64,000 nt of DNA from Cyanidioschyzon merolae (taxonomy: Eukaryota), in assembly GCA_000091205.1 (NCBI GenBank), contig AP006484.2. The stretch is one strand, 5' to 3'. How positions within the stretch are numbered: position 1 is the stretch's first letter; each line of letters opens with the position of its first letter. Position numbers and translations under genes: made by a program. The notes beneath the pieces are model-generated. The model did not search any database, was not told the DNA's origin, and saw only the letters and a list, made by a program, of their open reading frames with translations. Shown here piece after piece: positions 51,429 through 61,258 of the stretch.

Positions 51429-54400
51429 TCACGCCCCGCCCCGGCCCCGCCCGGATGACATCGACGCCCTTTCGTGAGCGTCACCGTCCCCGGTGACCAG
51501 TCGCTGCGGCAGGTCACGTAACCAATCCACAAATGCTTCTGTATGCGGGAAATCCGGTGGAGCATCCATCGCCGGTCTGCTGTATATACGCCGCTGCTGT
51601 TGCAGTACGTGAACAGGCTGTGCTCCTTCTACAACGCCGACTTCTGCGGCAGCAGCAGGATGCACTTCAAACCTACGCGCTCGTCTTGCTAGTGCCAGCA
51701 CCTCTGTCAGCTGCTCGGGCGACGACGCCAGTAACGCCCTGTCGCCTGTCGAGGTCGGTGCACTTGCGAAGAGCACTGGAGCAGTGCCTGGCGAAGATGC
51801 CGTCTGTTGACGAGCGCTCCGCACCTGCCGCAGGAGACGTTCCACGTATCGTCGATCTGCAGCGCTTGGTTGAACTGGTCGCAGCGGCAATAACAGTACA
51901 AGCAGCGGGGTTAGCGTGTAGGCGAACCTCATCAGCGGCATCGTCTGTACTGTAGGCATATCTCCAGCTAGCCAGCACCACGACTGCACCAGTTGAAAGC
52001 GCGTCAAGGGCAATGCGAGGATGCTATCGCGATTGTTGGTGGTCGTGCTCTCGCTCGTGCTGGGCAGCAGTCGCATCCCCGTCGGTATCAACTGCACAGT
52101 CGAAGTGGAAGGAGCCGTTGTTGGACGCCAACGGGGCGGCAACGGTACCCAAAGCGGCACTTCGGCTGCACGTTCGAGCTGCCATACCGTTCGACGCAAC
52201 GCTCTATGACCTGTATGCCGGTGGAGCGCGGATTCCACGCTTCCCCTCGCAACGTTGGCTGTCTCCGCCGCAGTCGACACCAGCAGCGCCCAGAGCAGCG
52301 CCGAACGACCCGAACGCGAGCCAGTTACAGCAGCAATTACGAGCAGGTAGCGCTTGTCCCCAAAGTCGCCTCTAAGCGGCCACGCTAGCCCATCTAACCA
52401 AAACATCGCTGCAGTTCGATGGCTCGCAAGTCGCCGAAGCGTTCGCTCACGACGCCACAGGGGACGCATGGGCACCATAAACCACTCATGAATGCAAATA
52501 AGCGCATCATCTGTCGAGGCAGGGTCGCTGCTATCGTTCCAAGTGGCACGCTGGAGAGCACCGGAGCCATTCCTTGGTGGCAAGGTTGCCGGTGCACCTG
52601 CTTCAGTGTGCTCTGGAAGCAGAACTTGAGCGCGTGGTGCCCACAGCAACAAGCGACTCGCTGTGCAACTCAGGAAAAGCGGTGGTGGGGTTGCTGCTTG
52701 CCCCGCTATTTCATGCACATGCGTCACTCGACAAGCTGCCAATTGTGGTTCCGCTCTGAACGCTGCACTGCTCGACGAACGATAGCGAGGCAGCGGCTCG
52801 AAGCGCGGTACCTTCGTTGACGGACTCGGAATCGCATCTAGTGCAACGCTAGCTATCCCGCTGCCATAGAACCAGTAGAGCGAAGGCACCAAGTCGTTGC
52901 TGATACCCGCAGCTGGATTCTCGCTTGAGGAGAAAACCCCAAGGGTCGGCGTATGTGGCCATCCGCTTGAGTATCGCCACACTGTGGACGACGCAAGAGC
53001 AGCGACTGACCCGCCTGGCCCGTTCGACGCTCCAGGTGCCTTCTGTGCTTGTTGGTATCCCTGTGATGAAGCACAGATGGACCGTGCTCCTTGTTCGACA
53101 ACAACCGAATCATAACGACGCTCGATCCGCCACAGCGTTGCATCCGATGGCATTGCCACCAGCAACCGCTCTGGTACCAGGGATCCGAGACGCTGCTCCC
53201 GGAGCAGATAGCTGCACTTGTTAGCGACCGAGACCAGCAGTGACTGATCGTTGCTTGTCCAGGCAAGGGAGCGCACTTTGCTGAGGGTTGGTAACGCTAT
53301 CTCAGCGAGAATTTGCAGGTCACCAATGAGCGGCACCCCAGTTGTACCATGATGTGGGCTCTGCTCCGAAGACGCCCCCCGAGATGGCGTTCTTCCGCTT
53401 GTTTGCCCGTCGTGCTGGCTCTGACCAGAAGAGTCTGTACATCGCCAGCACAACTGAAGGATGTCTATGCGAGGTGCGCAACACCCGCTGGCGATCGTCG
53501 CGATTGCCATCCGCACGGCCCTATTCGTACGGCAAATAGGCTGTTGTTCATCAGATGCTGCTGCTGCTGCTGCTGAGGTACGATGCTGAACCCCGGTAAC
53601 AGGTTCGGGCGTTGCAGCAGGTGTGTTCGCTACGGCTACAGCGAGCATGGAGCGATCTGGAGCACCGCTCTGGGCAAACTGGCGTTGTCGCCACTGCGGC
53701 GGCGCGCGCACCTTACACCACTGGTGGACGCCTCGCTCCGTATCCAGCAACAAGGCGTCTATGAACGCAACCGGTCCGCGAGGCCACTCCAGAAGTACCC
53801 ACTCGAACGCGTTGTAACGAATCGTGCATAAACGATTCCACCGCAGAGGATCGCGTACAGTGAGCATCCGCGATACCAGTGCATCCTTCAGTGTACTTGA
53901 TTCTATCGATACCGCAATGCTTGAATCCGGTCGTGTACCTGAGTCTGAGGATATCGTCATCCGGGGAGTCTGTTGCGTGCCGGAGCCTCGACCGGCAGCG
54001 CCATCCATATCTTCAACGGAGCGCACCAGGTGCTGTGCATGGTCTCGTGCACTCAGTTTCAAATGCGTGCCTGTAAGAGACGGGTATCGTGCCAGTCCTA
54101 TCGCGTCACTATCTAGATCACGAAAACTCAGACTCACGAGACTGGGGTCCTCCAAGGTTGCCCCGCCTACTGCAAAGTAGTTCGTGCATTCACTGACGCT
54201 GCGAGGCAGGTACGCCCGCTTTCCTCCGCGAGCCAAGAGCGCATGCTGAAGACTAGCTGGACGCAACCGTTTCTGGAGTGGCAACGTCGCACAAGAGCGA
54301 CTTGTTCGCAGCAAAGCATCAACGGGTGAAGACTGTATGATGCTCGCTGCATGACTGCTCCTGTCGATATGTGGATGCATCGTATCAACTGACGGAGGCA

Positions 54401-55040
54401 CGCTGTTTGGCGGTTTGGAGCGCATCGCGACCCTGTCGGGCGCACTAGTCAGCGTTGCTGCCGACGTCGACGTGCATTCTGTTGCCTCCGTCGCTGGCGA
54501 GGATGCTACGGCTACAGTGGCTACTGGCGTTGGTGTAGACGCATGACTTTCCACTTGTCCCGCAGCGGGTACTGCATCGCTTGGGTTGTCAGTAAACTGC
54601 AGCTGGGCGTTTCCAGTTGCGGTCGTATACGTAGGTCGCTTCAGCAATGCCGTACTCGTCGCCCCAGCGGCTGGAGCGAAAGCACCCCGGCGAGCGTTCT
54701 GTTCGTCGTCATCGACTGAAGCAGTCTCACTGGAGGACGCCATGGTTGCTCCTTTGACTGGACCTTGCACCTCAGTTCGTGCCGGGTGCTTTGCAGGCGT
54801 TGCTGTTGTTGACGAACTCGACGTTTCCAGCAGCGTGCGGTTAGCGAAGCGTAGGTCAACATCGACGGGTGCGAGTTTCGAACTCGACGGAGGCGTCTCC
54901 AGTGGGCAAAGCAACCAGAAAGGATCCCTCTCTGGCTCGATGTGGGCGTCCAGAGTCGTTTCTGCCGTCCATTCGCTGGCGTCTGTTCCAGCTTCCCTGT
55001 AGTTCGACAACCACGTCGAACTTCTTTGCAAAGCCTCCAT
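51429..55040 (-). CDS. Large hypothetical protein of 1203 aa
   Basis: Uninterrupted ORF of 1203 codons with low-complexity stretches and no recognisable motif. It is transcribed divergently from TRM61. Confidence 0.45.
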   Translation of the reverse strand: MEALQRSSTWLSNYREAGTDASEWTAETTLDAHIEPERDPFWLLCPLETPPSSSKLAPVDVDLRFANRTLLETSSSSTTATPAKHPARTEVQGPVKGATMASSSETASVDDDEQNARRGAFAPAAGATSTALLKRPTYTTATGNAQLQFTDNPSDAVPAAGQVESHASTPTPVATVAVASSPATEATECTSTSAATLTSAPDRVAMRSKPPNSVPPSVDTMHPHIDRSSHAASIIQSSPVDALLRTSRSCATLPLQKRLRPASLQHALLARGGKRAYLPRSVSECTNYFAVGGATLEDPSLVSLSFRDLDSDAIGLARYPSLTGTHLKLSARDHAQHLVRSVEDMDGAAGRGSGTQQTPRMTISSDSGTRPDSSIAVSIESSTLKDALVSRMLTVRDPLRWNRLCTIRYNAFEWVLLEWPRGPVAFIDALLLDTERGVHQWCKVRAPPQWRQRQFAQSGAPDRSMLAVAVANTPAATPEPVTGVQHRTSAAAAAASDEQQPICRTNRAVRMAIATIASGCCAPRIDILQLCWRCTDSSGQSQHDGQTSGRTPSRGASSEQSPHHGTTGVPLIGDLQILAEIALPTLSKVRSLAWTSNDQSLLVSVANKCSYLLREQRLGSLVPERLLVAMPSDATLWRIERRYDSVVVEQGARSICASSQGYQQAQKAPGASNGPGGSVAALASSTVWRYSSGWPHTPTLGVFSSSENPAAGISNDLVPSLYWFYGSGIASVALDAIPSPSTKVPRFEPLPRYRSSSSAAFRAEPQLAACRVTHVHEIAGQAATPPPLFLSCTASRLLLWAPRAQVLLPEHTEAGAPATLPPRNGSGALQRATWNDSSDPASTDDALICIHEWFMVPMRPLWRRERTLRRLASHRTAAMFWLDGLAWPLRGDFGDKRYLLVIAAVTGSRSGRSALLWALLVSTAAETANVARGSVESALHRHTGHRALRRTVWQLERAAEVPLWVPLPPRWRPTTAPSTSTVQLIPTGMRLLPSTSESTTTNNRDSILALPLTRFQLVQSWCWLAGDMPTVQTMPLMRFAYTLTPLLVLLLPLRPVQPSAADRRYVERLLRQVRSARQQTASSPGTAPVLFASAPTSTGDRALLASSPEQLTEVLALARRARRFEVHPAAAAEVGVVEGAQPVHVLQQQRRIYSRPAMDAPPDFPHTEAFVDWLRDLPQRLVTGDGDAHERASMSSGRGRGGA

Positions 55041-55400
55041 GGTCGCTTTAGCGTTTCAGCGCCGCCTGTACGTGCGTCCTCCACACAGGTTAGACGACGT
55101 GCATGCCAGACGATGGCCCTCTGGTGCCACAACCTTGGCTATTCGCATCAAAGCCAAAGCAGAGAACACCACCACCAAAACAGCAACCACTCCTACAACA
55201 ACCGTTATCGAAAACACCACCGAATCCGAGTGCTGCTGCCTTTGTCTTCTACGACTAGTATTGCAAACGCTGTTGCGGAGACGATCAGCGGTACCGGATA
55301 CGAAGCCGGTGGCGTTTCTGGGCTCTTCTACACCAATAGCGAGCAACGTCCTTGGAACGACGTTGTACATTCGCGTTGCACCGTTATACTCCCTGCGGGC

Positions 55401-56417
55401 ATGCTGCTAGGCGCTGACGCCTCTCAAGGCTCTGGTCCAGACCAAGAACAGCTTCTCGTAGAGACGTGGCCTAATGAGTGGCAATGCATTCACCTCCAAC
55501 CCGGAGGTGTCCTACAAACCCGTTTCGGTGCTTTTTTCCACGACGACTTTCGGGGAAAGCGGCAAGCAGGCGACTACTGGTACGCTCGTCGTTCGCGTCG
55601 ACCCGGTGCCTTTCTACGCACGTTGCCCTTTCGCTTCCGAACGACTGTGCCGAACGTCACAAACAGACGCACGCAAGTCATTTACGCACCGGACGTAGCC
55701 TGTCTGCTCGCACGACTTGAGCTGGAGCCTGGCGCTGTCGTCGTCGAGGCCGGAACTGGAAGCGGAGCCTTGACCTGGGCGCTGGCGGTATCGGTTGCTC
55801 CGAACGGACGCGTGCACACCTACGAGTGCCATGAGGATCGTTTCCGTGCAGCTCGGGTGGAACTAACACAACAACTTGGGCACGTTTGGCAACCCTGCTG
55901 GACGCAACGTTCCTGGACACCCGCGCACCTGCTCTACTGTTATCACCAGGATGTGCGCGTGCAACCGTTCTACAGAACGGATAAAGCGGCTGCAACCGAT
56001 ACACGACCGTTGCCGGCCTCAGTGCAGGCCGTGGTGCTCGACATGCCAGAGCCACACCTCGTGGTCGAGCAAGCAGCGGTTGTGCTGCAACCAGGTCTCG
56101 GTGTTTTGGCAGCTTTCTTGCCCAGTGTTGAACAAGTCTGGCGACTACGAAAGGCACTGGGACAGAGCGCCTGTTTCTATGATATCCAGGTGTTGTCGAA
56201 TGTGAGCTGCGTCTGGCAATCGATGCGTCCAGTTCAGCCGCAGGGGTCCCGCATGCCAACGAAAAGCGTCTGGTCCCGCGTCTCGCAACGTTTCCAGCCG
56301 AACGGTGCACACACGGGGTATATTGTGGTTGCACGACGCCAAGCTCGGTTGCTGGACGGAGAGTCGTTGCTTTCAACGTTGGTCGTAGCGGAAAACAAGC
56401 GCGCACGACGTACCTGA
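55401..56417 (+). CDS. TRM61: tRNA (adenine58-N1)-methyltransferase catalytic subunit TRM61/GCD14; the ORF is open from 54942 but the start is placed at Met154 (55401)
   Basis: 'LQPGGVLQTRFGAFFHDDFRGKRQAG' corresponds to human '[23 protein letters not shown]'. 'RRTQVIYAPDVACLLARLELEPGAVVVEAGTGSGALTWALAVSVAPNGRVHTYECHEDRFRAARVEL' corresponds to '[67 protein letters not shown]'. The C-terminal 'HTGYIVVARR' corresponds to 'HTGYLTFATK'. Residues 1-153 of the raw ORF are His/Asn/Arg low-complexity, and the upstream Met at 55113 overlaps the promoter of the divergent gene. Confidence 0.75.
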   Translation: MLLGADASQGSGPDQEQLLVETWPNEWQCIHLQPGGVLQTRFGAFFHDDFRGKRQAGDYWYARRSRRPGAFLRTLPFRFRTTVPNVTNRRTQVIYAPDVACLLARLELEPGAVVVEAGTGSGALTWALAVSVAPNGRVHTYECHEDRFRAARVELTQQLGHVWQPCWTQRSWTPAHLLYCYHQDVRVQPFYRTDKAAATDTRPLPASVQAVVLDMPEPHLVVEQAAVVLQPGLGVLAAFLPSVEQVWRLRKALGQSACFYDIQVLSNVSCVWQSMRPVQPQGSRMPTKSVWSRVSQRFQPNGAHTGYIVVARRQARLLDGESLLSTLVVAENKRARRT

Positions 56418-57966
56418 ACGTACATGTGTTGCTGCAAGGCTCCTGGAACGCTCAACGATGCTGCACGTGAACGGTGTGGGGTCCAGTGCCTCAGCAACGG
56501 GACCTGTTGACACGTTGTGGTGAACTCGAGATTCCATTGATGGTCGATGCTCTACAGATGCTGTGCGGCGTGCATTTGTAAAATGCCTGCACAAAGCCCC
56601 ACAGTCCGTAGCGAGGCTGGCTTGCTTTCCTGGTAGGGTAATGTGATGGCAACGGCATCGAGGTCAGGCGGGCGTGCTTCGTGGTGGCGGGCTGTTTCCA
56701 GCGCATAGCGTCATGCCCGAGGTACTCGGGACGGGGAGCGAACGATTGCTTTCTGGAAGAATCGTCGGATCTGCACAACCTCTCTGGGCTTCCATATTGG
56801 TCTGGAAACCGTGGTGTAACCCCGGAATCCGTTTCGGGGAATGTTCATGTGAGAACGTCGACTGCCTGGCGACGCCAGCTGACCGCGCGCTTCGGTGTCT
56901 GGCGCCTGCCGCTGGCGATAGCGGTTTACCAGGGGCGCTCGCAGCGTGCCGCTGGTATTCGTGGATGTTTTCTCGTTTGGCTCCAGCGTTAGCGCGATAG
57001 AGCGTACTCCGGTGCGATACGTACGCGTGTTGGTGCAGCATGTGCAGCGTAAAGTGGCGCACCATTGTGGATCGTGTACGCATCCCTGGGGCAACGCTCT
57101 TGAGGATTCGATTCCGATCGAAAACTGCGGAATCGCGCCTACGAGTCAGCGTTGCGTTGTGCGTACTCTGGGCAAGGCCGCTATGCGAAAGCACCAGCAG
57201 CGCCTCGACTCACATGGACAGCGACACCAGGTGCCGAGGCTGTCTATGTGTTGTCGTTATTGTGGCTGGTATCCGCTCTGGGAACACAGGTTCATACATC
57301 ATGGTGTCGTGCACGAATGGAACCGCGTTCATTCAGATGGCATTTAGTCTAGGAGTTGTACACCGGGGTGACATGCACAAGTGCCAGCTGGCTTCGGAAA
57401 TTCGCTCTGAAAGCTGCTGGGGAAATAGTGGATTCCTGGAGCATCCCAGGCACCACAGAGAGAGCCAGTACTTGCCTGCAGCATTCATACGCGTATTCGT
57501 CACAAGCGAGGGGCAAGCCTTCGTCCAGGGTTCAAGCTCTCGGATGCCAAGTCGGACGTGAAGAGCTCTGTCTCATGGCGTCCGTTTCATAGGGGAATAG
57601 ATTCTGGGTAAGTGTCTCGTTTATGTGTCAGGATATCGTTGAATGCAGAGAAGCGAAAACCACTAGTCGGTGTACTGAATAAGCAGTGGACTGAATGGAC
57701 GTTTGGGGTACTGCGAAATGGCGAACGCTTGGTACATGCAACTCGATTGGTCATGATAGTTCATGATTAAGGAAAGCGGTTGCCTTGGGCCTGACTTTGG
57801 AAGCGCCTCATCGTTTTCGGAGCATGATCCAATTTACGGATGAGCGCAAGGCAGAAAGCAGCTCGCCAAGCTGGTCATCTATCGCTTGCAACAGATCGAA
57901 AGCAGCATTATCGATCGCTGCCTGTGTGCTCCGGCTCTCATGGATCAACATTTGGGGATATGTCGA

Positions 57967-59271
57967 TTATGGTGTTAGCGAAGAGAGGGTAATCTGGGGG
58001 CGCGGACTCCTGACGCACAGTATGTCCGGCCGCATGGGCGTCTCTTCTGTAACCTGGTTCGCCTCTATTGCGGTGGTCTTCTCGGGGGTCGCGGCGTTCG
58101 GCTCGGGCGCTTGGACGCGCGAGTTCGCGGCTCTGAGAACCTCATTTTCCCTCTGAAGGAAGCGAACGTGCTCCTCAAGCTCGCGCACTCGCTCACCGAG
58201 AAACCGAACATTGGCCAGGAGCAGCTCCTCTGCGTGATGATGAAGGCGTCGTGGTGACGCTCGCAACAAACCGCGATACGCCATCGACTCGCTCTCACCA
58301 GCCTGCTCGTTTCGGTTTCCTGCTTCGATGCGCGATGGCGCCGACGCTCGGCAGGTCCGCCGTGGCGGCGTTCCGATCATGTCATCCGGGCTGAAATAGC
58401 TTATGCTGCTCTTGCGTTGATGCGAGGAGAGCTTCCATCGAAGACGTTGCTGTCGTTTTTCGTGCATTTCTAGAGCAGATTCTCCGGTTTCAGAAGCGGC
58501 GGCATAGACTTCAATGGGATCCCACGCGCGGTTTTCAGACTGTGCGCAGTTATCGGAGGACGCCTTCTCAGAAGATAGCTCCTGCGCCACAGATGCACAC
58601 GCAGACTCGCATTGCGGAACGGATACGACAGCGTCCAGCTGTGAATTCGTGGACTCGGCAGCAAAGGATGCTCTGCGAGTCGGCTCTATTTCAACAGGAG
58701 CTGTAGATACCTTCTTGCTACTCCAAAACTCGATGACGTGCGGCGGTAAAGCCTCACCCCATGATTCCGTGTTTTGCACGGGGCGCAGCGGGTAACGAAA
58801 GCTCGAGCTCGGTATTCTTCCTATGCATGTACGAGATCTGAGCTGGTCTTTCGTTAAGAAATAGAGTCGCTTGGCCGGCGAAGCTCGCGATATGCGGCAA
58901 CTACTTCTCTCGTTGCACTCATCGCCGCGGGTTGTCTCTAGTAGAGCTGCATCGCCGTCAGGAGGTCTTTGCGCGGGCGCCGGTGACGGCGGCGTCGACA
59001 GTGCAAGTTTGAGTGCGCTTCCGGTGGCTGGCACGCTGACACTGGGCAAAAAAACAGGGACCGGCGAACGACTCAGTTGCGACTTTGTTGGCTTCCGCGA
59101 CCCCGTCCCAAGCGCGATATTCAACTGGACGAGTGGTGTACCAGGTGGCGCATCGACGGCAGCGCCTTGACCGGGCATCAGAGAGGTGTTTTCAACCTCG
59201 TGATCTGTGGATGCTAGAGGTGTCCAAGCAGATGACTTGTACCGTCTCGAATAAATCTTCGAGCGGGGCAT
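57967..59271 (-). CDS. Hypothetical protein of 434 aa with a C-terminal basic region and a leucine-zipper-like coiled coil
   Basis: The C-terminus 'RRLHHHAEELLLANVRFLGERVRELEEHVRFLQRENEVLRAANSRV' shows a heptad Leu/Val pattern after a basic patch. The rest is Ser/Pro/Ala-rich. Confidence 0.4.
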   Translation of the reverse strand: MPRSKIYSRRYKSSAWTPLASTDHEVENTSLMPGQGAAVDAPPGTPLVQLNIALGTGSRKPTKSQLSRSPVPVFLPSVSVPATGSALKLALSTPPSPAPAQRPPDGDAALLETTRGDECNERSSCRISRASPAKRLYFLTKDQLRSRTCIGRIPSSSFRYPLRPVQNTESWGEALPPHVIEFWSSKKVSTAPVEIEPTRRASFAAESTNSQLDAVVSVPQCESACASVAQELSSEKASSDNCAQSENRAWDPIEVYAAASETGESALEMHEKRQQRLRWKLSSHQRKSSISYFSPDDMIGTPPRRTCRASAPSRIEAGNRNEQAGESESMAYRGLLRASPRRLHHHAEELLLANVRFLGERVRELEEHVRFLQRENEVLRAANSRVQAPEPNAATPEKTTAIEANQVTEETPMRPDILCVRSPRPQITLSSLTP

Positions 59272-59380
59272 CAGATCAGAAGGGTGGCGACTCGGTGTGC
59301 CAACCGTGCAGCCCCCGGACAGCTATTGCCTTGGCGTGTCTAGCACTTGACAGAGAGATAACCGCCAGATCGCTAGTTTG

Positions 59381-61258
59381 AATTGCCGGCGGACTGGCCG
59401 CGCCCGCCGTCTGCGCTCGCCCAAGCTGGCTCGCGCTGCGTTTCGACCCCCGCGGGAATTCGTGCCTGAGCGGCGCGCTGTTCTCAGTATCGCTCCGACG
59501 CGGAGTTCTGCTCTGAACGCAGCTTTTTTTCGAGGTGCAACGCGGTGTCGTGCTTGGGCGTCGCAGCGCTAGCCGCCCGGCCTCGAGCAAGACAGCTCGA
59601 TATGCCGCGTGGCTGCTACGACGTCGTTTACCGTGCCGAGACTAGGTCGCTCGCGTGCCGCGGACAAGGCGATAGCTTGTTCGTGCGGGAGGAATGCAGA
59701 ACCTAACCAGAGACTTTGGTTAAAAAGCAGCACGAACCGTGCTCGATGTCGACGGCGCCCGCACAGCTCAGGCAGATAATCGCTGTGCACAGCAACGTGC
59801 AGGCGCAACTGCAGGCCTGCGAAGTCGAGCATTCGGGCGCTGACTCGGAGCGCAAAGCAGCACGCAAGAACGACAAGTACTGGTCAGGGAGTGCGCAGTG
59901 TGCACGCACGCAAAATTCCCACAGCGCTCTAGTGAAGTGCGCTTGGAATGCTCGCTGCGCACCTGTACCCTGCACAGCACCAGTGCCGTCGTGCGCCTGG
60001 TGCCGCGTTGCGCGCAAGTTTGCAGGTGCACGCATATGGGCATGCACGCATAGCCGAATGTACACGTGTCCCAGTGCATGCATTGTCGACTGTACACGTG
60101 TCCCAGTGCATGCATGCGTGCTTCACGGCACGACAGCTGTGTATTCCTCTCTAGATATATGCAGTACGCATTTGCGCTCGCTGCAAGCGTATCGCGGAGC
60201 ACAGACGCACTGTACACGAGCAATATGCACGCAAACGCGGACCGTCTGCTCCGTCCTTGCACATGGTTTTCGTATGGAGCAGAGAGAGCGTCGTTGATTT
60301 CGCGCTGAGGTCGCCCGGAGCCCAGTAGCAGACATATCCGCTTTGAGAGCCGTCACCGGGAGCATACCATTGCAGCCGCATGCTTCTCTTGGCAGTATGG
60401 GATCGGTGTCCGATTCGAATGCTGCTGGTATGGGGGCATAAGGTTCAGGGCTTTACGCCGAGCAGGATCTCGGAATGACCTATACACCGCGCGCGCTAGC
60501 AATAACACCTACAGCATGGCTAGCGCACTGGTTCGAAGCGCCTGCGGATGCAACGGCGAGCATTGCATATCGACAACATCCAATAGGGTCTTGATAGGCT
60601 CGGGCACGCCCCGCATGCAACTTTCGACACATTTTCGAGGCCGTTCACGGGACGTATGCAGCTTGGCGGCGGCATGCCCTCAGCGTCGTAGAACGAACGC
60701 GAGGCAACAGAGGCAGCAGGCGCAACCACAGGCACGATCGCTGCCGACAAAGCCGATACCGCTGGAATCCCGTCGCTGTGCCGTTGCAACGCTTCGATGC
60801 GGCGCGCTTCCGCCCGATCACGTCGTTTTGTGGTGACTCGCACGCGCCACTGAGAAAGCGGTCATGTGTCTTGGGTGCAGGCATCGGGCAGGCAGCGGCA
60901 GATGGGCGCGAAACTCCGCGGCATGCGCTCTACGTGTTGTGGCGTCACCAGGTGGCATTCTGGTGCTGGCGAAGGCGTCGGTATATGACGTACCGTCGAT
61001 TGCTCTCTGGCGTCGCGTTCGCTACACGGCTCGGAAGAGCGTCGACTGCAAGCGCAGTCACTGTCGTTCCCGATTTCACTGACCCGATGGCTCTGGGCTG
61101 CTGACAGAAACCGCAGCGCTGCCGGAGCGCTGCTCCAGCACGTTGGCCCAGGTCCAGCACTCTCGCTCGGACACGGAGCGCTTATCGGCGTTCTCGGTAG
61201 CTGCAAATCACCTGCGCCATCACGATACTGAGAACGAGCGAGAAACTCCTTGCGCTCG
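59381..61258 (+). repeat. Segmental duplication copy B, about 1.88 kb; the direct repeat partner is at 20160-22111
   Basis: See copy A. The boundaries were read directly. At the left edge the two copies share 'attgccggcggactggcc' and diverge just before it. At the right edge they share '...gagaaactccttgcgctcg', after which copy A continues 'tggcatac' and copy B continues 'agacgtga'. Confidence 0.9.
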
